Source: an uncultured Treponemataceae bacterium (GTDB lineage: Bacteria > Spirochaetota > Spirochaetia > Treponematales > Rectinemataceae). Taken from it: a DNA stretch of 64,000 nt. Where the stretch lies: contig CAYNFM010000002.1 in the NCBI GenBank assembly GCA_964396415.1, forward strand, positions 25,866-89,865, in the 5' to 3' direction. Of the stretch, positions 9,158 through 17,185 are shown in pieces. The notes below the pieces were generated by a model. It saw only the letters and a list, made by a program, of their open reading frames with translations. It did not search any database and was not told the origin of the DNA. Each line of letters begins with the position of its first letter. Positions within the stretch are counted from its first letter, which is position 1. The position numbers and the translations under genes were made by a program.

Positions 9158-9550
9158 ATGGAAGCGATAGCAAGCAGTTATATTCCGCTCGCTTACGTTT
9201 ACGCCGCCCGCTATGGGGAGGGTAGGGCAACCGTACCTGTGCTGAGGAGCCAGGCCCTCTACGCCAATTTCGCCCACGTATCGGGCGTCGCCGCCCAGGA
9301 TGGGATGGCGGCGTACAGTATCGACAAGCTTCACATCCTCGATGTCCTCATAGGCCAGCTCGAAAGCGCCAAGTCCCAGCCTCGGGCCGCCGAAGCCTTG
9401 GACGAACGCAGCCCTACCCGCGTTGACGCCCTTATTCAGCAATACAGCGCCGAAATCCACGCCATCGCCACGGCCCCCGCCCTCCCCTACGCCCCCACCG
9501 CGTCGGCATCCCTGGCCGCGCCGGGGATGCTGTTCTCGATGGCGGCTTGA
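9158..9550 (+). CDS. hypothetical protein (130 aa), no recognisable domain
   Basis: ATG preceded by GGAGGAAGGAG. Amino-acid composition is coding-like, not Arg/Pro-skewed like the off-frame ORFs, with an Ala/Pro-rich C-terminus. No motif recognised. Confidence 0.45.
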   Translation: MEAIASSYIPLAYVYAARYGEGRATVPVLRSQALYANFAHVSGVAAQDGMAAYSIDKLHILDVLIGQLESAKSQPRAAEALDERSPTRVDALIQQYSAEIHAIATAPALPYAPTASASLAAPGMLFSMAA

Positions 9551-9560
9551 AGCGGGTTTC

Positions 9561-11882
9561 TCATTGTACAGGCGTGCTGGCATCCTCCCCTTCGACCAAT
9601 TCCCCGACAGTCTCGCCGATGGTTTTCCCATAATACAAAAGCCCGTAGATCACCGTAGACTGCAGGATATTTCGACAGTATTGCCTCGTTTCGGCCAAGC
9701 CGAGCGCCTCTATCATGATGTCGTCGGGAAGATCGCCCGATTCGGCAGCCCAGGCTTTCAATCGACCCCAGCCGGCGTTGTAGGCCATCATGGCGCGCAG
9801 GGGCCTGCCGTCTACCCGAACCAGCAGGGAGGAGAAGTACGCGAGGCCTATCGCCAGGTTATCCTTCGGGAATGAGAGGTCGTAAGTCGAAAGCCCGAGG
9901 GCTTTGGCCTGTTCCGCAGCGGTGGACGGCATCAGCTGGGATAGGCCAATCGCGCCTGCTCCCGAGACGGCGTCGGTTCGGAATAGGCTTTCGGAGCGTA
10001 AAAGACCGAAAGCCAGGCTTTCGGTCACCCGGTCCGGGAGCCGGAGCGAGCGTATCTCGTCGAGATAGGGGCGAGGGTAAAGCATCTCGTAGTCCGAGCG
10101 AAGGGCTTCATAGCTCGGACGCGAGGTCTGCGCGAGCGTCAAGCGAAGGGCACAATCCGCTCGGCCGAGCCGGGAAAAGAGGGAGGCAAGGCGAATCAGA
10201 GCCTCCTCGTCAAGATCTGCCAGGCGCGATTTGGCTTCGGATAGGGCCATGTCGACGAGGCCGAAGGACGCCATGCCCGATATGAGGGTTTCGGCGTCAC
10301 TCGTTATCGAGGGAATGCCGGGCGGGGCTATAGCGGGAGGCGCGGTTCCGGGGACGAATCCGGGCTCGATCCCGGCCCGCCACGCCGCGATGATCCGATA
10401 ATAGAGCGGCGCCGATGCGTCTTCGGCAATGGCGGCGAAGCGCAGGGCCGCCGCCGAGGCGCGCGAAGCCGCGTCCGGGGAGCTGTCGAGCTTTAGCTCA
10501 AAGGCGCGCGAGGCCACGTAGGCCAAGCGCGCGCCCGTATCGGGCGGGAGCTTGCCCGCGAGGCGCGCGGCCATCTCCTCGACGAGTCGCCAGTCGCGGG
10601 CGCGCAGGGCATCGCGGAACAGCCCGTTGACCAGGTCCGAAAATACTGTAGGGTCGCTCCACGAAGCCGAAGCGTCGACGAGGTCGTCCAGCGCAGCCTC
10701 TCGAGCCGCGGCCTCGGCGGCCGTCTCGGCAATCGATTCCGGCGCCGCCGTAGCGGGCTCGGCGGCGATCGGAGGGGACAGCGAGGCGGCGGCCTCGAGC
10801 GCGGCTCGGTAGCCGCAATCGAGCGCATACCAGCGCGCTGCGTCCGCGTCGGCTCGCGTGGGGGCATCAGCGGAAGCTTTCTTGAAAAGCTCGGCGGCCT
10901 CTTCCAGTCGATCCAAGGCCATGGCGAAGCGTGCCTTGTAGAAGCGGGCCGTCCAACCGATCGCAGTGAATTGTCCTTCGCCATCCTTGAGCTTCCCTGC
11001 GTAGAGGAAGGCCTTGCCGGCATCCGCGATCATGGCCTTCGACGCGTGACGACCCATTGCGGCGGATCCGCCGAGCAGGGCTTCCGTATACGCGAGTCCA
11101 TAGTCTTTACGGTTTACGGCATCGCGCATCGCTAATGCGTGGAATTCACCGACTGAGAATAATCCGCGCATTCTTGGCTCGGTCGTCAGGAGGGCGTAGG
11201 CTCGGGCGCTCCAGTCGGATTCGGGCATTTCGAGCAGGAGGCGACGGAAGGCCTTGGCCCAATGCTTGCCGCCCGATCGCATGTCGGCGGCCGCGTTAAA
11301 ATAAGAGAGCGCCTCCGCATCCTCTGCCGACTCCACCGGGTAGGCCCGGCCTAGGTCGGCGACTAGGGCCTTCTCCTCGGCGTTGCGGCAGAGAGCGTCC
11401 AAGGCGTCGAGCCGAGGACGCTCGGAGCCCCATTCGGGTCCGACGGATGCGTCGTACTCCTTGGAGAAGGATACGAGCTCTCCCCATAGACCGGCCGAAA
11501 AAAGCTCGTGTACGAGGGCGAGCCCGGCTTCCCTGCGCGCGAGGCCTTTTGCCCTATCGAAACCCAAGCGGTATAGCAGCCTCGTCCTGGCCCCGGCGTT
11601 GGGGAGAGGAGGCTGCCCCTCATCGCGGGAAGCCATCCAGAGGCCAAGGTAATAGTATGCCGTCGGGCCGAGGGATCCAACATCGTCGAGGGCCTTCTGG
11701 TCCAAGGCGAGGACTGCCGTCGTGTCCCTGCCGGCGATTAATTTCGAGAGATCGGACGCGCTCATTCCGAAGGCGCCTCCCTCCTGGCAATGAACGAGGA
11801 CCTGAGAAGCCGAAAGGAGGACGAGTAATGCGAAAAGGCGCGGAACGCGATGCGATGGGACTTTCGTAGATCCCGAAGCCAA
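9561..11882 (-). CDS. soluble lytic murein transglycosylase (Slt70-like: superhelical N-domain + SLT domain)
   Basis: 773 aa, TTG start, signal peptide LFALLVLLSASQVLV. C-terminal SLT motifs LLRSESLF...AGAIGLSQLMPSTA...AYNAG. Confidence 0.8.
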   Translation of the reverse strand: MASGSTKVPSHRVPRLFALLVLLSASQVLVHCQEGGAFGMSASDLSKLIAGRDTTAVLALDQKALDDVGSLGPTAYYYLGLWMASRDEGQPPLPNAGARTRLLYRLGFDRAKGLARREAGLALVHELFSAGLWGELVSFSKEYDASVGPEWGSERPRLDALDALCRNAEEKALVADLGRAYPVESAEDAEALSYFNAAADMRSGGKHWAKAFRRLLLEMPESDWSARAYALLTTEPRMRGLFSVGEFHALAMRDAVNRKDYGLAYTEALLGGSAAMGRHASKAMIADAGKAFLYAGKLKDGEGQFTAIGWTARFYKARFAMALDRLEEAAELFKKASADAPTRADADAARWYALDCGYRAALEAAASLSPPIAAEPATAAPESIAETAAEAAAREAALDDLVDASASWSDPTVFSDLVNGLFRDALRARDWRLVEEMAARLAGKLPPDTGARLAYVASRAFELKLDSSPDAASRASAAALRFAAIAEDASAPLYYRIIAAWRAGIEPGFVPGTAPPAIAPPGIPSITSDAETLISGMASFGLVDMALSEAKSRLADLDEEALIRLASLFSRLGRADCALRLTLAQTSRPSYEALRSDYEMLYPRPYLDEIRSLRLPDRVTESLAFGLLRSESLFRTDAVSGAGAIGLSQLMPSTAAEQAKALGLSTYDLSFPKDNLAIGLAYFSSLLVRVDGRPLRAMMAYNAGWGRLKAWAAESGDLPDDIMIEALGLAETRQYCRNILQSTVIYGLLYYGKTIGETVGELVEGEDASTPVQ

Positions 11883-11887
11883 CGAGT

Positions 11888-12850
11888 CTACTTCGCCGGT
11901 ATCCAGATCTTATGTCCGCTGATGATAAGATCGGGATTCTTGATCTTATTCGCTTTCGCTATGCGCATATAAACCCATGGATCCCGGTAGTATGCGTACG
12001 AGAGGTCCCACAGAGTATCGCCCCACTTGATCTTATACGTGACCCCTGGCTTTTTGAACTTGGTGACCTTCTTGACGAGAGCGGGCGCTTCGTTCGCCTC
12101 TACGGCCGGCTGGGGAGCGGGGACCGGCACCGCCTGGGCCGATTGGGAAGCGGGGGCTTCGATTTGAGCGGGCGCAGGAGTCGGGATCGGTTGGGCGGGA
12201 ACCGAAGGGATCGGCTGCGCCTTCGCGGCCGAAGCCGGAGAGATGGCGAATTTATAGACGAGGAAGCCGAAGAGCAGGAGAAGCAAGACGACTCCCACTA
12301 CGAAGAGAAGGGTCCGGAGCGTCCGGCCCTTGGGCTTTCCCTTGGCCTCCTCGGCATCGACCTCGGATCGGACGTCGGCCAGAAGCTGGGCCGAGTCGGC
12401 TTCAGGGGGAAGGTTGTCGGTGCCCGCGAAATCCTCGTCCAAGAAAGTAGAAAAATGAGAATCGTCCGAGCTTTTGGAAAATTCGAAGTCAGGTACCTCG
12501 TATTTCTCTTCTTCGGAGAGAGCCTCCAACGAAACGTTGAGGCTCTGACTCGCTCCCGTCGAAGCTTCCTGGGCGAGGGCCGTAAGCGTGCCGTCGTCGG
12601 TCAAGCCGATCTCCACCCGGATATCGGGCTCGCCTTTGGCCATCGAAGGAATACCCTCGACGACGAGGCTCCCGATATATGTCGCGTGTTCGACCGTAGG
12701 CCCTTGACCGCGGTAGAGGTCGATCTGTACGCTCGGTTGATAGTCCTGGACCGTCGTGACCACCAGCCGCTTACGCGATGCCGTCCCGTCTTCCAGGACC
12801 GGATAGAACTCGCCGTCGGCGAGTTTGAGGCCGATTTTATTCGCATTCAT
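11888..12850 (-). CDS. membrane protein: Hsp70 substrate-binding-domain-like N-terminus, one TM helix, C-terminal LysM
   Basis: 320 aa, GAGGAAGG RBS. N-terminal ~115 aa parallels DnaK SBD-beta. TM is LLFVVGVVLLLLLFGFLVY. LysM is YKIKWGDTLWDLSYAYYRDPW...ISGHKIWIP. Confidence 0.7.
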   Translation of the reverse strand: MNANKIGLKLADGEFYPVLEDGTASRKRLVVTTVQDYQPSVQIDLYRGQGPTVEHATYIGSLVVEGIPSMAKGEPDIRVEIGLTDDGTLTALAQEASTGASQSLNVSLEALSEEEKYEVPDFEFSKSSDDSHFSTFLDEDFAGTDNLPPEADSAQLLADVRSEVDAEEAKGKPKGRTLRTLLFVVGVVLLLLLFGFLVYKFAISPASAAKAQPIPSVPAQPIPTPAPAQIEAPASQSAQAVPVPAPQPAVEANEAPALVKKVTKFKKPGVTYKIKWGDTLWDLSYAYYRDPWVYMRIAKANKIKNPDLIISGHKIWIPAK

Positions 12851-12942
12851 GGCGCCTTCCTCGGTGCGGTTTTGCCTAAGGTACTATTCTATCTCACTAC
12901 AGTGTATCACCTAGCTCGAATAAAGCAATACGTCGCGGGATC

Positions 12943-13680
12943 TCAGGCGACGGCAACCGCCACCAGGCTTGCCGCGGCCTCATCGTAAAGCGAACCATCG
13001 ACTCCGCCCAGGATGCGGACATCCGCGAACCCCACCTTGTGGAGGGCGGCTCGGAGCTCGGTCCCGGAATAGAGCCTGATGACGAAGGAGCGATCCACGA
13101 TTTCGCGGTTTCTGGATAGGATCCATCGATTGCGTAAGCCTTCCCAAGCTCCGACCACGGAATACTCGGTACGAATCGCCCAACCGCCTCGCTCGAAACT
13201 CTCCCCTGCGACGAAATCCCGAGCGGCAGTCTCCTTGCCGGTCGTCTCGATGACAAGGGAGCCGCCGGGCCTCAGGGCCGCGCGGAGACGAGAGAATGCC
13301 ATCAAGTCCTCCTCGGGATCGGCGAAATAGCCGATGCTGGTATACAGATTTATTGCGAGATCAAAGGGCTCTTCGACCGAGAAATCCCGGATGTCGGCGC
13401 GCAGGAAGCGTGCGCCGCCGGCCGCGCTTTCCCGTGCGGCCTCGAGGTAAGCCGCCGTGATGTCGATGCCCGTGACGCGATAGCCGCGCGAGGCGAACTC
13501 GAGACTGTGACGCCCCGGCCCGCAGCATGCGTCGAGCACGGCCGCGCCCGGCTTCGGCCGGACCAGACGCTCTATGCAGTCGATAACACCCGGAACCTCG
13601 GCCCAACGCGCCTCGTCGAACATCACGGGGGCGTAGGCCGTCCAGAATCCCTCGTCCTCGAACCACTCGCCTTTGATCAT
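12943..13680 (-). CDS. class I SAM-dependent methyltransferase
   Basis: 245 aa. Motif I VLDACCGPGRHS; post-I acidic GIDI. Confidence 0.8.
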   Translation of the reverse strand: MIKGEWFEDEGFWTAYAPVMFDEARWAEVPGVIDCIERLVRPKPGAAVLDACCGPGRHSLEFASRGYRVTGIDITAAYLEAARESAAGGARFLRADIRDFSVEEPFDLAINLYTSIGYFADPEEDLMAFSRLRAALRPGGSLVIETTGKETAARDFVAGESFERGGWAIRTEYSVVGAWEGLRNRWILSRNREIVDRSFVIRLYSGTELRAALHKVGFADVRILGGVDGSLYDEAAASLVAVAVA

Positions 13681-14042
13681 AGGGCTCCATGGTCCACGAC
13701 TAGGGCCATGACGTACTCGAGGAGCTCCAAATCCAGGTTTTCTTCCTCGAGGACTATCGCCTCTCGTATCTCCTCCCAGTCGGCCTTTCCGAATGGAGTT
13801 CCGTCATAGTCCATCATGAGCACACTCCCGACCCCGGCGAGCCACTCGGAGGCCGCATCGGGACGGGAACGCCGCCGCTCAAGATAGGATTCGAAAAGCG
13901 AGGACATCGCCTCCTGCCCGACTTTGGGAAAGGAGCGGAAGAAAAAAGCGCGGACGGCCTCGATTTCGGTCGCCTCCCCCCTCCCTGCGGCGCGACGAAC
14001 GGCTTGATCCAAATCGGTCCGAAATTTATCGGTGGGCTGCAT
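13677..14042 (-). CDS. hypothetical acidic protein (121 aa)
   Basis: Trimmed from ORF 13677..14147 to MQPTDKF to avoid overlap with the CPBP gene. Stop overlaps the methyltransferase start (ATGA). Confidence 0.45.
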   Translation of the reverse strand: MQPTDKFRTDLDQAVRRAAGRGEATEIEAVRAFFFRSFPKVGQEAMSSLFESYLERRRSRPDAASEWLAGVGSVLMMDYDGTPFGKADWEEIREAIVLEEENLDLELLEYVMALVVDHGAL

Positions 14043-14082
14043 GTCGATACTATAACCTGAAATCGCAGGAATTTCGCAGGCT

Positions 14083-14784
14083 TCAGGAATAGAGCGCGAG
14101 GGAGAAGACTGCGGCGTCGAACAACCCGTGGCCGATGGCGATCTCATGAATGTTCTTCGCCTCGTTCCAGCGCCAGGCGAAAAAGAGACCGAGGAGCCCG
14201 CCAGACGATAGGCCTATTATCCCTTGATAGCCGTGACCCATTCCGAAGAGGATCGCCGAGGCGATCGCGGCCCAGATCGGCGAAACGCCCGCCTGCCCCA
14301 GACGACGGAGAAGGTAGGCGCGGAAGAATAGCTCCTCGCAATAGCCCGTCGCCATCGACGAAACCAAAATCAAAGGAGCTAGGGCGATCGCTCCACGCGG
14401 CCCCGATCTGGCCCGGACGAGAAAATCGTTCTGTACGCCTAAGGCCGAAAAGAGCAGGTCGGGGACGAGCATGACCGCGAAGGCGCCCAATGAGCAAAGG
14501 AGGCCCCTAACGGAATCCTTCGGCCTGATGGGGAAAACGGAGAAAGCCCGAAGGCCGTCGCCTGCCGCCATGAGGTACAGGAGGAGGACGGCTCGCGGCA
14601 AGTTCACCGCAGTGGCGGCCAAATGGTATCCGGGCTTGGATAGCATGTCCGGGGACGATCCGGCGAAAATATAGGATGCCAGGTAGAAGGCGAGGAACAG
14701 CGCCGATGCTTCGATGAGAGGCCGACCCGGCTCGCCTTTGGGCGGACCTAACGGGCCTTCACCGTCTCGACCTTGTTCGTGCAT
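14083..14784 (-). CDS. CPBP family intramembrane glutamic endopeptidase (CAAX/Abi)
   Basis: Trimmed to MHEQGRDG (AAAGGGGA RBS). Multi-TM. EELFFRAYLL (motif 1) and FGMGH (motif with His). Confidence 0.75.
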   Translation of the reverse strand: MHEQGRDGEGPLGPPKGEPGRPLIEASALFLAFYLASYIFAGSSPDMLSKPGYHLAATAVNLPRAVLLLYLMAAGDGLRAFSVFPIRPKDSVRGLLCSLGAFAVMLVPDLLFSALGVQNDFLVRARSGPRGAIALAPLILVSSMATGYCEELFFRAYLLRRLGQAGVSPIWAAIASAILFGMGHGYQGIIGLSSGGLLGLFFAWRWNEAKNIHEIAIGHGLFDAAVFSLALYS

Positions 14785-14798
14785 CGCGTCCCCTTTCT

Positions 14799-14828
14799 TT
14801 GACCCGGGCGAATCTTGTACAGTATAAT
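14799..14828 (+). promoter_or_regulatory. sigma-70-type promoter TTGACC-N18-TATAAT ending 8 nt before the PilZ ATG
   Basis: Read directly: TTGACC 14799-14804, TATAAT 14823-14828, ATG 14837. No Shine-Dalgarno in between. Confidence 0.35.
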
Positions 14829-14836
14829 GCAAATAT

Positions 14837-15862
14837 ATGCTCCTGATCGTGCTGTTCGCGGCCCTTGTCCTCGTCCTCTTAATCGCGGTGCTCTCCTTGG
14901 CCATGCGGGGCGCCAAGCGCTATTCCTGGGCCGAGTATTACCTTCGGACCAGAGAGGCAGGCATGAGCCTATCGGAGGCGAAGCAGCTTCGGGACGCCGC
15001 GGCCCTTTCCGGCCTGTCCGATCCGACCAATGTATTGTGGGCCCCGCGCGACATGGATAAGGCGATCGCCGCGCTCAACATCGGCTTCAGGCGCGAGGGC
15101 AAGGATCGCGGCCGCGAGGGCTTGATGTTGATGGACAAGGTCTACGCGTTGCGCAAAGGGATCGAATTCGAACAGCCGCGTTTCAAGTACGGCATTCGCT
15201 CGAGTCGGCAGATCGGCGCCGGCCAGCGGCTGCGCATTCTCGTTCATGGAGTAGGCGTCTTCGGCTCGACGGTGATCGACAATCAGGCGCGTTTTTTCGT
15301 CGTCTCGTCCCCGATCGGGAATCGGCTGCCCAGGGACTGGATCTGGAAGGGCAAGAAGGTCTCCATCTATTTCTGGCGACGCGAGGACGCGGGCTACGTC
15401 TTCGACAGCTACGTGATCGACGACCTCCGCATCCGGAGCGTCCCCGTGCTCCAGGTGTCCCATTCCGAGGCTCTGCTCCGCACGCAGAAAAGAAAATCGG
15501 TGCGGGCCAGGTCGAAGATCCCGGCCTATCTCTATCTCTTGAAGCGGATCGAGGGGGCTTATGAGAAGCCGGAACGCGCTCCAGGGCTCCGCGCGCTCGT
15601 CCAAGACCTGTCCGATGACGGAGCCGCAGTCGCAATCGGCGGAAAGGCCAGGCCTGGACTTCAAATCAAGCTGCAGTTCGGCCTCGACGAAGGCAGCGTC
15701 GTGATGAGCGGGACGGTGAGGAGCGTGGATTTCGACGCCGAGGCGAACCGTTCCGTTCTCCACATCGAGGCGGTGCCGCCGAGCCCCAGGATGCGCAACG
15801 CGATCCGTTCCTTCGTATATAATATCCGCGAAGATTCCGACACCGTTCCGCAAGGGGGCTGA
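14837..15862 (+). CDS. YcgR-like PilZ domain c-di-GMP receptor with N-terminal TM helix
   Basis: 341 aa. PilZ signature QKRKSVRAR (RxxxR) and DLSDDG (DxSxxG). N-terminal LLIVLFAALVLVLLIAVLSLA. Confidence 0.75.
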   Translation: MLLIVLFAALVLVLLIAVLSLAMRGAKRYSWAEYYLRTREAGMSLSEAKQLRDAAALSGLSDPTNVLWAPRDMDKAIAALNIGFRREGKDRGREGLMLMDKVYALRKGIEFEQPRFKYGIRSSRQIGAGQRLRILVHGVGVFGSTVIDNQARFFVVSSPIGNRLPRDWIWKGKKVSIYFWRREDAGYVFDSYVIDDLRIRSVPVLQVSHSEALLRTQKRKSVRARSKIPAYLYLLKRIEGAYEKPERAPGLRALVQDLSDDGAAVAIGGKARPGLQIKLQFGLDEGSVVMSGTVRSVDFDAEANRSVLHIEAVPPSPRMRNAIRSFVYNIREDSDTVPQGG

Positions 15863-17059
15863 ATGAAACGCATCGTCGCGACTCTCGCGCTCGCGCTCGG
15901 TTTGCTCATGGCCTTACAGGCGCAGGACGCCGAATCGATAGTCCTGGCCTATCGCCGTAACTTCGCGAGGTCGAGCCTCGTCACCAAGCTCGAGCTTCTC
16001 AAGGAAGCCGCGACGCGAAGCGACGCCGATATGGGCCCTCTCTACGACATGGCCCTCCGATTCGCCGTGGATTACTCCGCCCTGCTCGAGCCCGACCCCC
16101 AGCTCAAGGATCTCGCCGTCCTCGCCGCCACCGAGACCGGGAAGGCCGCCTATGCCAAGGCCATAGACGATCTGTGGGCCCTTTTCCAGGGTTATAACGA
16201 CGAAGACGTGCGCGCTGCCGCGATAAGCGCCCTAGGTCAAGCCGGCGTAGGGGAAACGAGGGTGACCGAGAATCTCGATTCCTTCCTCGCGTCGCAAAAC
16301 AGCCTCTTTCGCTCAGGGGCCCAGCCCGAATACCCCGCCCTCGAGGCCTGCATCGACGCCCTCGGGGCCCTCGGCGACGGATCGTCCTTCCCCGTCCTCT
16401 TCTCAGCTTACGTCGCCGGATATTCCCCCGCTCTCGCGGCCAAGGCAGCCGCGGCCCTCGGTTCGATAAAAGGCGACTACAGAGGCTACCTGCTTCGCGT
16501 CATCGCGAAGAATCCGCCCCTGGAGAAATCGGCGGCCTACGCCGCCGGCATGGCCAATCCCCATTTCGTCGACGACGACCGCGGCGAGCTGGCCGAAGGC
16601 TCCATGGCGGCCGCGCTCGACGCAATCGCTCAATCCGCTTCCCAATCTCCTGTGGAGATACAGTCCCTCCGCGAACTCAGGCTTTCAGCCGCCCGCGAGC
16701 TTACCGCTCTCAAGTGGCAAAAGGCTTCGCCGCTAGCGGTGCAGCACTTCAGGCTCGTGCAAGCCGACTATGCCAAGGGCGCGGCCTCGAAGACCGATTT
16801 TCTCGAGGCCATAGCTTGCCTCGGAGCGATGGGTTCCACCGAGGCGGCCCAGGCTCTGGCCCTCTACCTCCAACTCATCAACGCCCAAACCGAGCAAGGC
16901 TCGCCCTATGACGAGGATATCCTGATCGCCTCGATAAACGCATTGGGCGAGCTCGGCGATAAGGTCGCTTTCGACTACCTGTTGCAGATCGGGTATCTGC
17001 AGTACTCCGAGGCGGTCAAGCGCGCCGCGAAGGAAGCCCTGCTCAAGCTCAGGTGGTGA
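15863..17059 (+). CDS. secreted HEAT/armadillo-like repeat protein
   Basis: 398 aa. Signal peptide MKRIVATLALALGLLMALQA. Repeated alpha-helical A/L-rich units (ALGxxG repeats). Start abuts the PilZ stop (TGAATG). Confidence 0.55.
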   Translation: MKRIVATLALALGLLMALQAQDAESIVLAYRRNFARSSLVTKLELLKEAATRSDADMGPLYDMALRFAVDYSALLEPDPQLKDLAVLAATETGKAAYAKAIDDLWALFQGYNDEDVRAAAISALGQAGVGETRVTENLDSFLASQNSLFRSGAQPEYPALEACIDALGALGDGSSFPVLFSAYVAGYSPALAAKAAAALGSIKGDYRGYLLRVIAKNPPLEKSAAYAAGMANPHFVDDDRGELAEGSMAAALDAIAQSASQSPVEIQSLRELRLSAARELTALKWQKASPLAVQHFRLVQADYAKGAASKTDFLEAIACLGAMGSTEAAQALALYLQLINAQTEQGSPYDEDILIASINALGELGDKVAFDYLLQIGYLQYSEAVKRAAKEALLKLRW

Positions 17060-17141
17060 TTCGCGCGAGGGCGCATGAAGCGAAGCATTGCTCCGGGGTC
17101 ATCCATTCGCTTGATGGTGACGGGATAGGGGTTCGAACCCT

Positions 17142-17167
17142 CCTCGGATTGAATCGTCCGAGGTTTT
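17142..17167 (+). terminator. putative Rho-independent terminator after the PilZ-HEAT operon
   Basis: CCTCGG-attgaatcgt-CCGAGG followed by TTTT, 83 nt after the HEAT-protein stop. Confidence 0.5.
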
Positions 17168-17185
17168 CGCGCGCGGTCCTTATTC

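Noticed and set aside
17129-17140. GGGTTCGAACCC, which looks like a tRNA T-arm
   Set aside because: It is a simple 12-nt palindrome. The flanks cannot form an acceptor stem (nothing upstream complements the 3' flank), and there is no D-arm or anticodon-arm layout.
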